From Podarcis pityusensis (Eukaryota), in NCBI GenBank assembly GCA_964106645.2, contig OZ067042.1: a DNA stretch of 64,000 bases. One strand, written 5' to 3'. The notes beneath the pieces are model-generated. The model did no database searches and was not told where the DNA came from. It saw only the letters and a program-made list of their open reading frames with translations. Positions 1 through 14,200 of this stretch are shown in pieces. The translations under genes were made by a program, and so were the position numbers. Numbering within the stretch: the first letter of the stretch is position 1; each line of letters starts with the position of its first letter.

Positions 1-112
1 ATGTTTCAGAAAGAGGAGCATATTTAAGCAGACCTCTGCTCATATTTTAGATGAATACATAGGTTCCCATTCAGATCATGATGCTCAAGCACTTTGTGTG
101 AATTAGCATGTA

Positions 113-321
113 CAGTCATACCTCGGGTTGAAGTTGCTTCAGGTTGAGCGCTTTCGGGTTGCGCTCCGTGGTGACCCGGAAGTAACGTAACGCGTTACTT
201 CAGGGTTTTGCCGCATGCGCAGGCGCGGCGAATCACGACCCGCACAGACGTGGGTTGTGTTCGCTTCTGGATGTGAACAGGGCTCCGGAACGGATCCCGT
301 TCGTATCCAGAGGTACCACTG
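113..321. mobile_element. Tc1/mariner (Tigger/pogo-like) MITE
   Basis: TA|CAGTCATACCTC ... GAGGTACCACTG|TA; related copy in opposite orientation at 44333-44570. Confidence 0.85.
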
Positions 322-496
322 TACATTTAGGGCCACCACGGATTTTATGTGACTAAATACAAGGAACTACAGCTTGATCTTGCAACTTAAGCTATCTCAC
401 AGGGTTGTTTTGATGATAAAATGGGAAATAACCCATGTTATTTGCAGCATCTTGAGGTCCTTGGAAGAAAGCCCAGGTCTCAATTCAATATTATTT

Positions 497-835
497 AGTT
501 ATTTATTTCATTGTTTTTTATTCGGTTTATACACCACCCTTTATCAAAAGATCCCAGGGCAGTGTACAACATTAAGAACACATTTTATGGAGCATCAATA
601 ACAAAAACATAATAAAAAGCATAATAGCAGACAGCATAATAAAAAAAAATAATAAAAAATGTTCATAATAACAGTACTCCCCACCTCACCAACACAGCTT
701 TAAAAGGCCATAGATTATTTAATGGCTAAAGGCCTGGGTAAGGTGAATATTTTTCCTTGGCACCTAAAGACATGCAATGATGGCGCCAGGCAAGCCTCTC
801 TTAGGAGCATTCAACAGTCAGGGAGCCACCACTTA
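497..835 (-). mobile_element. Degenerate L2-type LINE 3' end
   Basis: TTTA-rich tail followed by lizard L2-like 3' sequence; similar remnants near 7990-8220, 22806-22880, 45640-45950, 50940-51200. Confidence 0.5.
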
Positions 836-2220
836 AGATATATACTGCAAAGGGCTATAGAATTACAAGTGAGATCTGCAGCAAAATGTTGGAGTAGTTA
901 TGTTTGGGTTTTAGTTACTCCACTCCCTTTTCTCCCCCACCCACAGCAGTCCACATTCCACACATACTCAGTCTTCACTGGGCTAGTTTCTAGGGTATTC
1001 TCCCTTTTAGGGTCCTCCCCTCTTTCGTACTTCTGCACCCTGCAGAATTTACCCTGTCTTCTGATACTTCCATCATATGCATGGCTCTTTTGGCTATGTC
1101 AAGAATGGCACTCAGAAAATTGAATTAGATGTTATAGGATGAGTGTAATTCTGTAGTGATGAAGAGTTTTAGCAAGTATCTTCTAAATTCTGGTTACTGT
1201 TGTGTAGTTAGGTTTGCAGTATTGCATTTTTGAATATGTGGTCTATTTATTTATTTTGGAATTCCAGGTTGTATGTTGTCCCCAAAGAATGGAAGTGAAA
1301 ATTGCTGTTACCATGTTTGAATATAACATTCTTAGAATGAATGTTGAGCCATTTTCTTTCCTCACCTTGTATCACACCACCTTCAGCACTACCATCCTAG
1401 TCTGTCTCCCATTATGTCAAAAACAATGTTAGAAACTAAGATATGAAAGCTAGGAGCTAAATGGCACCTTAAACCTAGGTTATGGGCGCAACAATGGAAT
1501 GTCTAGGCATGCTTTTTAAGTAAGAATACAAAGCTGAAAATGAAGAAATATTAAAATATTTCTGAAGTATTATATACATTTTTCACATGGTCTAATAGTC
1601 CTTCCCCTGCCCACCCCACTAATATTATTAAGAGGGTCTTTTCTACAGTCTCCAGAGAGTAGTTGGAAGTGGGGAGGCAGAAAAAGGTCCTCCTTTCCTT
1701 CTACTCTGCTGTTTTAATCTGAAATCTTAGGCGCAGTATTGCCCCCTGAACTCAGAAGCTGCTTGCGTTAATGAAATTCCCTGTCGCAAAATGCACCTAG
1801 AACAATGGGAGTTTTGAACACTGGTCACAAATGGAAAACCTAGTTTACAAACAGAATCAAACTGTGTCTTAAGAAGGGTTAATAAACTAGAGTCCCCCAC
1901 TTTAAGCATAATGAGAAACTGGTTTAAACAGCCCAGGATTGAGGCACCAAGCCAGCATGCAAATGGGGTGAGTGGGAAGTGTACAGTTAAAATGCTCATT
2001 CTACCTTAATAAATAGTTAATTCAACCAGAGATATTAGGACTAATAACGCCTTCAGTGTTTATTGATAAGTAAGTCGTAAAGGGTTTTATAAACTGGCTC
2101 TACTTTGTCTCTTAAGCAACATATAAATGCTTACTGCTTTAAGTGGGTCAATTTTGAGTGTATTCAGGACTGCTTGACCTTTACAGAACAATTATACTAA
2201 TGAACAGAATTCATTTTTAG

Positions 2221-2272
2221 TGCCGATAAAGTTGAAGATAGTGCAAAATCTTTGGATGAAATCAAGAAAAAG
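2221..2272 (+). CDS. TDRD1: TDRD1 exon ([17 protein letters not shown]), linker after MYND
   Basis: tttttag acceptor, AAG|gtatga donor, phase 0 end joins the next exon; weakly conserved sequence. Confidence 0.7.
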
Positions 2273-5200
2273 GTATGACTAGAGTTGTTCACTTGTGTGG
2301 TTGGGGAGGGGGCATTATTACCATCTGCAGATGATAGTACTGTGTATCAAATAGTATATTTTGCTAAGCAGTACAGTGAATTGTTGGCATTAGAGAACTT
2401 GAAACTGCTTAAGGGATCTTCTGTCACCCTGCAGTGATAAACTGGAATCCAGAGAACCATGAGATTGCCTCCACATTGTGCAGTGAGCTTATTTTGGTTC
2501 CATTTCCGCTATAGTGCCTCCCCTTGTGTCTAAAAAACCTCTTATAAGGGTTATGGACCTCTGAACAGCATTCAAAGAGGCACAAACAACTCCTTTTGCA
2601 ATTAAATTTATTTGAAGTTTTGTTAGAAGAAAGCATTTTAAGTGCAATCACTGGGTTTTGTATTCTAACCAATACCACTCAGTTCAGCCTTCATTTGGGA
2701 GCTGGTCACTCCTCCACCCATTCTTGTGATACCTTCCCTACTTCTAGAGAAAATTGGAACAGCCCACATCTTTATCAACATAGCAGTTACTGCACATTGC
2801 AAAATGCTGTGGCTACAGTGAATAGACACTGTGTCCTATGGAAGTGTGCAGGGAATGAAATTTAACTACATGATGGCTAGCCAGCTAACGAGTGCTTAAT
2901 TGCAAGCATTTTCTCGGTTGTCTTTTCTGCTTTAGCTTCAACTCTCACTGCCTTTTCTCTATTGATACGAATTTTAAACATGATAAATTCCTTTCTTTCC
3001 CACTTTATGTAAACTCCTTATTGTTTTCTGAACAGCCTCTCAATTTCTTGTCATTTTAAAATGACATGAAGTAAGTATATTCTGCTGTTCTTGCTGAAGC
3101 TGTTGCCTCTTGTAACTAGTGAATAGTACTACATTAGTGGTATCTCAAAATACCATTTATTCTGTTCTGTAAAAATACTGTGTGGGTGACATGACCATCA
3201 AGACACGTAATGACTTTAATATTTCTACCATAGTCTTCAATATTACCCTTGACTTTGATCCTTCTTACACTGCAGTCCAAACTTCCCTTGCCAGTGGGGT
3301 TTCAGTAGCAGTGGGGCCACTCCTTGAAAATTTATTTAGGGGAATATATCATGGAGAGCTGGTTGATGTAAAGTGGAACTTCCTGAAATTCGGCTGAAGT
3401 CTGCCTGACTCTGGTAGAGCTCTGCATGTGATCTAATACTCAGAAGGGTTCGCCATCTTCTGGAGATTCATTGCAAGGGGGGAAGGAGCAAACAGGAATC
3501 ATTAGTTCCATTAACTTCCTTTCATTAACTTACCTCCTCCTTATTTACATGATTTAAGTATTTTAGATCACTGAAACAGGTTAATACAGTAGTTGCATAT
3601 TCTGCTTAGTAAGCAAGCAAAATAATTTGTTTACAATAGGAAAATTTATGTATGAATACCAGCAAAACAGAAGAGCGGGGCAAGAAAACTATGTATTCTG
3701 ATCTGACTACACTGGAGCTGAAGAAAAATATGAAAATAGTGGTAAGTTCTGCTTTCAACCCATTGTTTTGTTCTGCACTCTATCCTGCCCACCCTCCACC
3801 ACAAGGTGGGAAACAACAAAGAGCAAACCTTTTTTTAACTTTAAAAAATATGTGTGTGTGAGAGAGGGAGAAAGAGAGAGAGAGAATATATTGCTTAAAT
3901 AACACAGTTGGACTTGTTTATTGTTTTGATTGCTGAAGTTTTCTGATTAGAAAATGAATGCTTTCATTTTCTTCCCTTTATAACCTAAATTAAGGGTGGG
4001 GAACTTGATCCAGCAGGTGGGACCCTTTCTTTCTGCAGTCCAGCTTTGACAGAAGGAAGGCAACAACCACCTGTCAATCACCTGACATCACTGCGATGCC
4101 AGGTGACTACTTAAAAGAGGCTGTCATCAGCAACCATCTGATCAAAAGGGAGTTTTCAGTACCAAAGCGGATGGGTGCAGAGAGCAATCCCCTTTGAACT
4201 ATGTAAGCCAGTAGGATCAAAACTGCTCCGCTAACTGTTCTAGGGAATTCCTGGGAGCTGATCCCATTTTTACCTGCCCCACACCTGGTAGCTGCAGTCA
4301 GGACAAATAGTTGTCTGCACCCACCCAACCTAGCCACCAGCAGGTAAACAGCAGCGATGCTGACTGATGACATGTAGCATTGTAAACAATCTTCTTACCA
4401 TATGACTTTCTTTCTCTTTAGGGAACAGTAACACAGTTCAATAATCCAAGTGAATTCTACATTCAAGTCAAATCTCCAGAAGTTCTAAGTAATATTAATA
4501 AGCTTAGTGTGAAATTGAAAGATTACGATGGAATTAACCAAGGTGAATATATTCCTGCCAAAGGTGAAGTCAGTGTTGGACAATATACCCTGGATCAGGT
4601 AACTTAATCATCAAATGGACTCAAGGACCAGTTGGTTTGTGGTTGGCTGTCCAAGAGAACCTGCAGCCAGCAACTTATCATTGTTGATTTATAGAAAGTA
4701 TAGGTGTTCATAAATTGAGATATGTACTTAAGTCTTTTTTGTGTATGTGTAACTGAAGTGAGCAGCGCTGTATATCTTTGCCAAAGTGAGAGGTGGTTGG
4801 CAATATAATTCTATGCCAGTTATTTGCTCCAGATTTTCCTTTGCTAGATAAAGGTGATGAAAGTTGTTGGGGTACTTGAATAAATTATGCCTGGGAATTT
4901 TCATCAGGGCAAGATGGTTTTTCTGAAGTAACATTTTAAATTTTATAATGGGTTATGTCACCTGAGATCTGTCACATAGGTCAAATGTTTTTAAACTGAT
5001 AAACTAAACTAAAATGGTAATAAAAGTGCAGTTTAAATGCTGTAGGATTGTTCAATAGCTTCAAATGACACTCCCACAGGCATACAATAAAGTACAAGTA
5101 GAGAGATGAAAGGACGCGGGTGGCACTTTGGGTTAAACCACAGAGCCTAGGGCTTGCCGATCAGAAGGTCAGCGGTTCAAATCCCCGTGAGGGGGTGAGC

Positions 5201-8200
5201 TCCCATTGCTCAGTCCCAGCTCCTGCCCACCTAGCAGTTCGAAAGCACCAAGTGCAAGTAAATAAATAGGTACCGCTCAGGCGGGAAGGTAAACGGCGTT
5301 TCTGTGCGCTGCTCTGGTTCTCCAGAAGCGGCTTAGTCATGCTGGCCACATGACCCGGAAGCTGTACGCCGGCTCCCTCGGCCAGTAAAGCGAGATGAGC
5401 ACCGCAACCCCAGAGTCATCTGCGACTGGACCTAATGGTCAGGGGTCCCTTTAACTTTAGAGGGATGAAGCCAAGGACTGTTTTTTAAAATCTTCCTCTT
5501 AGTTGTTATCTGTTAAGTATGACAGTTCACAACAAACACAAAATAATAGATGTTTTTCCTGTGATGTCACAAGTAGTAATATTTCGAACAATAAACGGTA
5601 ATAAACTGGTAAAACCTTCCCAGTAATCTCAAAAACCTCACCTAATAGAGGAGAAAATCTATACATGCAAAGGTAGACGAAAAAGCTCTGAACAGAATTA
5701 TAGGAAACCCTTGGGGTGGGATTTAATTTTTTTAAATTCTGCGGCACCCCGGATATGCTGTGAAAACAATACTTTTGACAAATCTGTACTTCGGTGAGCT
5801 TTACTTTAAGTCCATCAACCATCTTCCTGCGGGTGGTGTTGTTGTTTAGTCGTTTAGTCGTGTCCGACTCTTCGTGACCCCATGGACCAGAGCATGCCAG
5901 GCACTTCTGTCTTCCACTGCCTCCCGCAGTTTGGTCAGACTCATGTTTGTAGCTTCGAGGACACAGTCCAACCATCTCGTTCTCTGTCGTCCCCTTCTCC
6001 TTGTGCCCTCCATCTTTCCCAACATCAGGGTCTTTTCCAGGGAGTCTTCTCTTCTCATGAGGTGGCCAAAGTATTGGAGCCTCAGCTTCATGATCTGTCC
6101 TTCCAGTGAGCACTCAGGGCTGATTTCCTTAAGAATGGATGCGTTTGATCTTCTTGCAGTCCATGGGACTCTCAAGAGTCTCCTCCAGCACCATAATTCA
6201 AAAGCATCAATTCTTCGGCGATCAGCCTTCTTTATGGTCCAGTTCCTGTGGGTAACTGCTAGTAACTGTTGGAAAATAAATGTACACAGTAAGTGTTTGG
6301 GACAGAGGGGCTGTTGGAATCTGAAGACATGATAAAGATTTTGGCTTGGGTTAAAACTAACATTTGTGAGGCAGCATTATAGAAAGATTAAAAACTACAC
6401 ACACGTGGGAGTAGGATCAGTTTAGGTGACTAGGGAGTGGACAATAAATATTTGGGATGTGCTGCAACCATTGTGTTTCCCATCTCTGCTTGTGCAGTTC
6501 TAATGGTTGTATCATCTGAAGATATAATAGTCTGCACTATTGACATGGTTGCCATATTTCAAAAAGTGAAAATCCGGACAAAAATGTTGTTGAGCTTTCC
6601 CCCCCAAAATCTCAAAGAAGAGTTTTTAAAGGTATTTTTTATGAAATTCGCCAAAATCTACAATGCCAACATGGGTATCCCCAGACATTTCATTGATTTC
6701 CGCCCAGACTCTGTTATTGAGAGCTGATTACCGACTGTGTCTGGGAAATTCTGGACTTATGGCAACCCTAACTTCACACACACATCTGTGATAACCTAGT
6801 GCAAATGTAGGGTAAATCTGTAATTCTGTAGCAGTAAGATAAAAACACCTGTGTTTTAGATTACTAGTAAGATGTGAACTGTAATAAATCAAGTATTAAT
6901 GAATTAGCAGCTCATGGTAGAATTGTTTGACTAACTAGTATCTCAGTTAAACTGAACATTTTCAGTTCAGCACAATTACAGTTTCCTCCATTCCTTGCAG
7001 AAAATGAACTAATCATAGTAAGTCCAGCGTATTATTCTGTTTTCTAAATTACATCTGATACTAGCTTAAAAGCACAAAAATGTATTGAAGGATGTGGTAT
7101 TAAAACTGCCATTATAGTTGTTCAACTGTTATGTTGAAGAAGAATCATTTTTCTTCTTAAAAAAGAATAATAAATCATAATGTAAAATAACTTGTTCATG
7201 TTCAGACCTGGTACAGAGTGCTTATAAAAGAGGTGGATATCCTTAAGAAGAGTGCTCTGGTTTTATATATTGATTATGGAAATGGAGAGAATTTACCACT
7301 AAATAGAATTAAACGATTGCACCAAGATATTGCGCACATTCCACCCTGTGTAAGTACAAGTTTACACAATACACCTTTACCACAGATATTTAGAGTGTCA
7401 AGAATACAGACCTGTGTATGCAAATGCTAAAGTGTGTTGAGACAAATAATACGCCAGAATGTTGTTATTACTAAGTACTAGAGACTCCAAAACTGGCATC
7501 TTGACTAAGACGCAAACGGAAATCTTAAATGGCCAACATGCATATGTTTGAAGGACATGTGCACACATGGCCATAAAGACCAGCAGTAAGCCAGACATCC
7601 TTACAGTGTGTTTTGTTTTTGCTTTGCTTTCAGGCCATTAAATGTTGTGTTGCTAATGTCCTCCCAGCTGAAGAAAAATGGAATGCAAACTGCAGCAAAG
7701 CTATTGCTCCATTTCTTATAGGAAAGTGCTGCTCATTCACTGTTATTGATGTTTTGGTGGATGAGATGCCCTATTTTGTTGTAGATGTTGTATTGGCAGA
7801 TTCTGGTAAGTTTCATTAACCTTAATATTCTTTGTTGAATGAATTGTTAATTAAGCAGTGATGGTTAACATCATTTTTTGTAATCTGACACATGAACTAG
7901 AAGGATGCTCACCGGATACTTCAATTGTGATAAAAACACATCTTGGGGTGGATGAGTCATTGCACAGTGATTGTATTTCATTCCCTACATATCAGGGAAG
8001 ACTTGGTTCCATCATGGACTGATCAATAACTAATTGCTCGGTCATGCTTGCCTCAGATCCTCGGTGGGCCTGGTGACACCAGGCATTACCAAGAAATAGT
8101 ACAAAAAAGGTGCTGCTTGAAAAGCCTGGCACCATGTTTTTGTTTATATGTGCAGATTTTTTTGTAAGCTACTTTGAGGACCTATTGGGACTATAAAGTG

Positions 8201-11200
8201 GGATACAAATATAAGTAAATAAAATTGAAGTGCATCTGACCCTGTATATAACTTGGAGAGGTGCTGTTAGTCAGTCAGTATTGGGTTAAATGAGCTAGTG
8301 GCCAGACTTGGAAACAGATTCATAAGTTTGGAGTGCTTTATTTTTTTCCTGTTTGACCAAACCCCTGGGTAATATGTCAGTGCCCAGAACCAAAGCATTG
8401 GAGACAAAAACTGTTTTGAGAAGTAGCTGCTCATATTGACTTGGCATAATTTACAAGAGATGAGTGTAGTGGACTCTGGTTTTTTGGCAGAATGTTTGTG
8501 TGCATGGCAGATTCCTTTTTACTAGTCTTTGTGAAGCTGTCATTCCATCAATTTATCTGTAATACTGTATGTGTCGTAGGCCTATTTACAGTAGTACTTT
8601 AGAGATAAATTTGGTAGATCTGATGTGTTTCAGTTGGCAGTGATTTGTTTTTGAATGGATATTAACAAATGTGTATGTTTCAGGTAAACACTTGCATGAA
8701 ATACTCTTGGAAATTGGATGCAGTTTAAATTCAAAGAGTAGGAGTAGCAACAAGGAAAACTCAGTTACTGGTGGGTCCTTATCGTTTTATTTAATTCATC
8801 TTGATTAATATCTTCATGAAAGCAAGGCACCTTTAAGCATGCGCTTGCTAAAGTTACTAAAATAGGTTTATTCTTATTGGTGCAAAATGTGTGTCATCTT
8901 TATGAGGCTTAGGAGTGTAGCCATAAGTTAACGGGTTCATTACAGCTGGGTTATCCAGGTCCAAAGGGCTGTTTTTGCTTTAATTTGGAGGGTTGAGTTG
9001 CCAGAATCTTGGACTGTAACACTTGAGGTTATGGAAGATGCAGTGCCTCACACTAGAGGTCATCCTAATGGGCGCTGGAGGAAAGGGAGTTGGCTCTATT
9101 TGTGCTGTATTGAGCTTGCCTTTCTGGTAATAGCCCCAAATGGGATAAAATTTAATGTAAAGCTGTACCTGTGGGTTGCTGCCTTGGTCCTTAGCCTTTG
9201 AGCAGAGATACAGCTTCAAGGGAGCTGGTGGTTCTGTGGCTCCTTCAAGCTGTGCTCGTGGTGTCCTAGTTCACATGAGAGGTAGTGCATTATTGAGAGT
9301 CTTCTGAGTCTCATTTTGATTATTACTACCATAGATGGATGAATGTGTCTATGAATGATATTCTGCATTCTCTTAAGGATGATAAGTTTTTAATACCAGT
9401 AAAACCTGCAACTCAGGTTTTGATAATATGTTCTTTTTTCTTAGGTTCTACTGTGGAAAAGATTTCTATTCAGGAAAAGAAGCTTGAGCATAAAGGACTG
9501 GATCATAGTGGCTGTCAAACTCGCAAGGTTATCTTGCCATCTATAGGAGATACATTTTTGGGTATGGTTGCCCACATACAGACACCAGGAGATTTCTTTT
9601 GTCAGCAGATGGGAAATGGCTGTAAGTCCTTGTTTTTAGTTAAATTAAAATGTAAACATGTATGCAGGAGTAGCATTTGAATATGTAACAGAACTTTTAA
9701 AATGTTAGGAAGCGGTGAGGTGTTGAGTTTTTTTGCATTGAAGTGGGAGATTAATACTTAACATCACTCTTAATTTATAGCTTCTAGTTTGCACTTTATA
9801 ATCCACAACATGCCTAGACTTTCTGTGTAACCTCCAAACAACCAACCATATTCAAATGACAGCATTTGCTGGCAAATGAAAGTACAACACTTTTATATTG
9901 CTTACTTGTGGTTTGGGTACATTTTGGTTTATTATTTAACAATTTCCACATAAATACCTGTTTTGTCAGGCAAACTTACTGAGCTTCAAGTATCCCTGGG
10001 TGAATACTGCGACACAATCTCTGCTACTCCAGATTTCTGCCCAGCAGTAGGAGACTTGTGTTGTGCGCAGTTTACAGGTAAATACTACTTGTTGATGATG
10101 GTGATTTGCTGTTGTTGGCCTATATCTAACAGAGGTTACTAGTTCAAGCCCATGGAAATCTGTGGGCTTAAGTATGCCTCTAGTGAGTGGTGCTTTACAG
10201 AATGCAAGAGGACATGTCCTTGTCATAGGAGTTTGCAGCCCACATGGCGAAACTTTATGGGCAAAATGGGAACATAAAAGGTGCCTTATGCCAAATTAGA
10301 CCATCAGTCCTACTAGCTCAGTATTGTGTCAGTGACTGACAGCAGTTGTTCAGGATTTCAGACACAAGTCTTTTTCAGTTGTAGCTAGGGATGCCAGGGA
10401 TTGAACCTAATTCTTTGCCACTGAGCTACAGCCCTTCCCTTAAGTTTTGAAGAGGTTTTTGTAGGAAGTAAGAGTGCTGGTACAAGCATAACGGACAGCA
10501 GGGGGGAAAGGACAGTCATTTGAGGAAGCCAGGTGTCTTCAGGCAGCTGAGAGTGGTAGAACTGGAAGGGTAACAGTTGTGGGTGAGGATATATTGGTAT
10601 AAGAAAAGAGCTATAATGGAAGAAGGCTATGGAGGGCTTTGAAGATAAAGGTGAGGAACTTGTTCTAGATCTGTGTGGAGCTCTGATGAATGATGTTCTG
10701 TGTCAGAGTAACAAGAGGTCACTTTTTCTGGAGAGAGACAAGGCAACAGAAGACCGGAAATGGAGGTTGAAGTCAAGGAAAGATATTACTAGAATGTGAA
10801 CCAGAATTCTTGCCAAAGGGGCAGATAGGAAAGGCTGTATCTTCACAATGCTGTAAAGTGACATGGCTTCAACAGGCAAAGTAATGTGGAAGGAGAAAGG
10901 TTGAACATAAAGCCAAGGCTTTGTGCCTGTTCAGCAGGTTGGATGTTGCAAGTTGGGTAAAGAGAATATTCAAGGAAAGAAGAGCTTTGGATGAAATATG
11001 AGAAGTTTAGTCTTCAGCATACTGGGAGAAATTCAGTGTAGGGCTAAAGAGATTGTTCCATCTGGCAAGCTGAAATACTTCTGCTGATGGAACAATCGTC
11101 CCTCTTCTCCTATGTGCAGTTCTGTGTATCCTCCGGACCTACCTACCTACTGTGCCAATTTGGGTGGGAGCGAAAAGCTCTGTTGCACTAGTGGAAGACC

Positions 11201-14200
11201 TTGTGCTGCCTTCTGCTAGTGAGATTCATTAGTTGAATCCAACCCACTAAGTTCCAGGCAGTGTTAAAACAGCAGATTAGAAATAACAAAAGAGACAGTT
11301 AGAGATGTGAATTTGGGTAGAGGGAGAAAATTCTAAAGTACATGGTAGAGCTGGGTGAAATCAGCGCTGAATGTTATAGGATTGGAAGAAGTTGCCCAGG
11401 GGCAATGTAGAACAGTATTCTTCAGCCTTGGGTCCCCAGATGTTTGAGCAGATTGAAAAGCAGTGGTATAGGGCAGGCTTCTCAAATCGAGAGCCTTCCA
11501 GATATTTTGGAGTGCAGCTGCATTCAACCCTGAACAATTGTCATGGGAGTTGTAGTCCAAAACATCTGGAGGGATTGTGGGGAAAGGCTGGCATGGAGAG
11601 AGACCAGCTATGAGACAACAACAGGTCCATGAAAAATGCCAGCACAGAAGGGAAAACCAGAGTAAGTGTGTCCACTTTTTGGAGCCACTGAAGGAACAAT
11701 CTGGTAGGAAGAAAAACATCTAAAGTCAGAATCATGGAGACCTAGGTCATTGTGAGTTAAGCAGGAGTGAATAGTCAGCGGTTTCAAAGGCAGCAGGCGA
11801 GTCAAGAAGCAAGAGGACTGGAGAGTAGATAAAGGATAGCTTGCAAGTGTACATAAGCCTGTATTAATTTAAAGGACCGTTGAGGTATTTATTAAAGATG
11901 AGGTCTCGGTTCTTTCTGTTGATTTACATAGGTAGTTTTGGGGCCTTTCCAGCATTTTTACCCATATGCAGAAATTGGAGGCTCAGTTCTTCAATGGTGT
12001 GGTGTTGTTGTTTTGTATTCACACTTTGTTGGCCTAATGGCCAGTGTCTGGCATTTTATATAAAACCAGAGCATATCAGAGCATTTTTCACTTAATCTTG
12101 GACTTTTAAGTCATTAAAAGTATTACATGGTCGTTGGCACTCTTGCTCTTTCTACAGAAGCAGTAGGATCCCTATTGGCCCTGAATTGCAACATCCTTTG
12201 AGACTGGAGACCTTTGCAAATCTGTGCCCCTGATGTTTTCTAAAGTAGCATGTGTACTGCTGTGCAGGGAAGAACTGGTTTGACTAGTATTGGCTCAGAC
12301 TTCTACTGCCACAATGAAAGCCACCACTTGTGTACAGTAGCTGCAGTAAAAATCAGTTTGTAGCATGGGGTTGTTAGTTGTATAATTTTTACGTGACAAA
12401 TGTATTTTTATCTTCCAGAAGACAAACAGTGGTACCGTGCATCAGTTTTGTCCTACATCTCAGAGAAAACTGCTTTAGTGGGCTATGTAGATTATGGTAA
12501 CATAGAAGTCCTTCCATTAAATAAACTTCGGCCGATCATTCCAAAATTAATGGAGTTACCAGTACAGGCTATAAAGTGCACCTTAGCAGGTATGAAACAG
12601 AATGACTAAATACATCTGGAGAATAGCACACACAATTTTTTTTGCAACTTAGTGAGGGAAACAAAGGGATTAACCTGTGGAGACAAAATGGAAATTGAAG
12701 CTGTACCATAAAATTTGTACCAGGTACAGCTTCTGAATTTAGATATAGAATCATCCCAATTATGCCTCAATATGATGCAACCTGCACCAGGCAGATCGGA
12801 GATTCCTTTGGAAGTGTTGTGATAGTAAATAAAGTTGTCTGTATATTGATTACTGTATTAACTCCTTTTATTTAAAGCCTACCATTAAAAGCTTGCTGTG
12901 CCTGAGGCTCATAGTATGAAATACTTAACATAGTTCAAATTATTCTTTTTCCTAGAGTTGGCAGCTTTGTGATATTCTCTAGCCCTACCTTGTTCATATT
13001 GGGTTTTGGATTGTCACTGACCTGGTAATCCTAACTATGCCAGGCAGTGGCCCAGAGCTGTGTTCTCCCTGAGCAGACTTGCCTGACACTTCTTGCAAAC
13101 GTAGGAGGCATAGCAGAAAGGGCAAAACGTTAGTAGCGATTTGGTGCTTCCCTAGAGGCAAGAAAATGTCTTGGGTCAACACTGCATAGATATTAGTAAA
13201 GCCTCTTCTGATAACAAAGGAACATTTTTGTGCCATTTTGTTGTTTCGGGAATATGAAATAGAGAATTATGTGCTGGGTATGCAGATAATTGGTTACCTG
13301 ATCGAAAATGTTAGAAATATACTTTTATTGCTGATGGACTTATATCATTACAAAGAAAATTCTGTTACAAAGAAAAATAACTAACTTGTAAAGGAGTAAA
13401 TTTTTTATTTTCTATTTTTTAAACCCGTCTCTTATTTCAAGGTGTAAAGCCAGCATCTGGAACCTGGTCCACAGAATCAACTTCTGTTATGAAGAAGCTG
13501 GTGCAAAATAAAGTACTCACTATAAGAGTAATAAATGAGAAGGACAAAACTTTTGTGGTCAAACTTACAGATGAATCCAGGACTCCAACAATAAATGTGT
13601 CTAAATACCTTTTAGAGTTGGGATGTGTAGTGGAAGAAGCCACCACTGTCCCAGCAGTGCTTGAAACAAGCACTGGGACATTACAAAAAATGCGTGGTGA
13701 GTATGCGAAAACTAACTAGCTTGAGGACTTGAGCTGTATTAGTAATTTACTGTGAATATTACAACACTGAATAAGACTCAGATTTAGGAACAGCATTCAT
13801 TATTTTTGCTGCTCCACTGTTACTAATCACATATTTATTGTACCTAATCTATAATACTCAGACAACGTCTAAATCTCCCTGTGAAACTAAAAATGGGGAA
13901 ATATATTAGAGTTTGCTGATGGGGATCTGTTAAATTTCCACCAGTAGAATGAACATTGAAAAAACATAACTCCTAATGATTATTTTTATATTTATCTATA
14001 GGTCAACAGCTGGACAAAATTGATTGGTCAAGGGTCACATTAACAGCCAAACAGGTGGTAAATGTGTTTGTTTGCGTGCTACACAACCCCAGCAAATTCT
14101 ATTGCCAATTGTTAGACAATAACGGTACATCTTTCTTTTTTTCCCTTTGAGTGTTCTGTTCCTTGTGTATCAATTTTTATATTTCAACCATCTATAGCTC

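Noticed and set aside
1268-1432. Possible additional TDRD1 exon after ttccag
   Set aside because: Translation does not resemble the MYND domain or linker, and no good donor follows
5111-5190. tRNA-like A/B boxes
   Set aside because: SINE head, not a tRNA gene; no cloverleaf evident
5499-6332. Overlapping 204-, 152- and 75-aa ORFs
   Set aside because: Alternative frames of the Bov-B fragment
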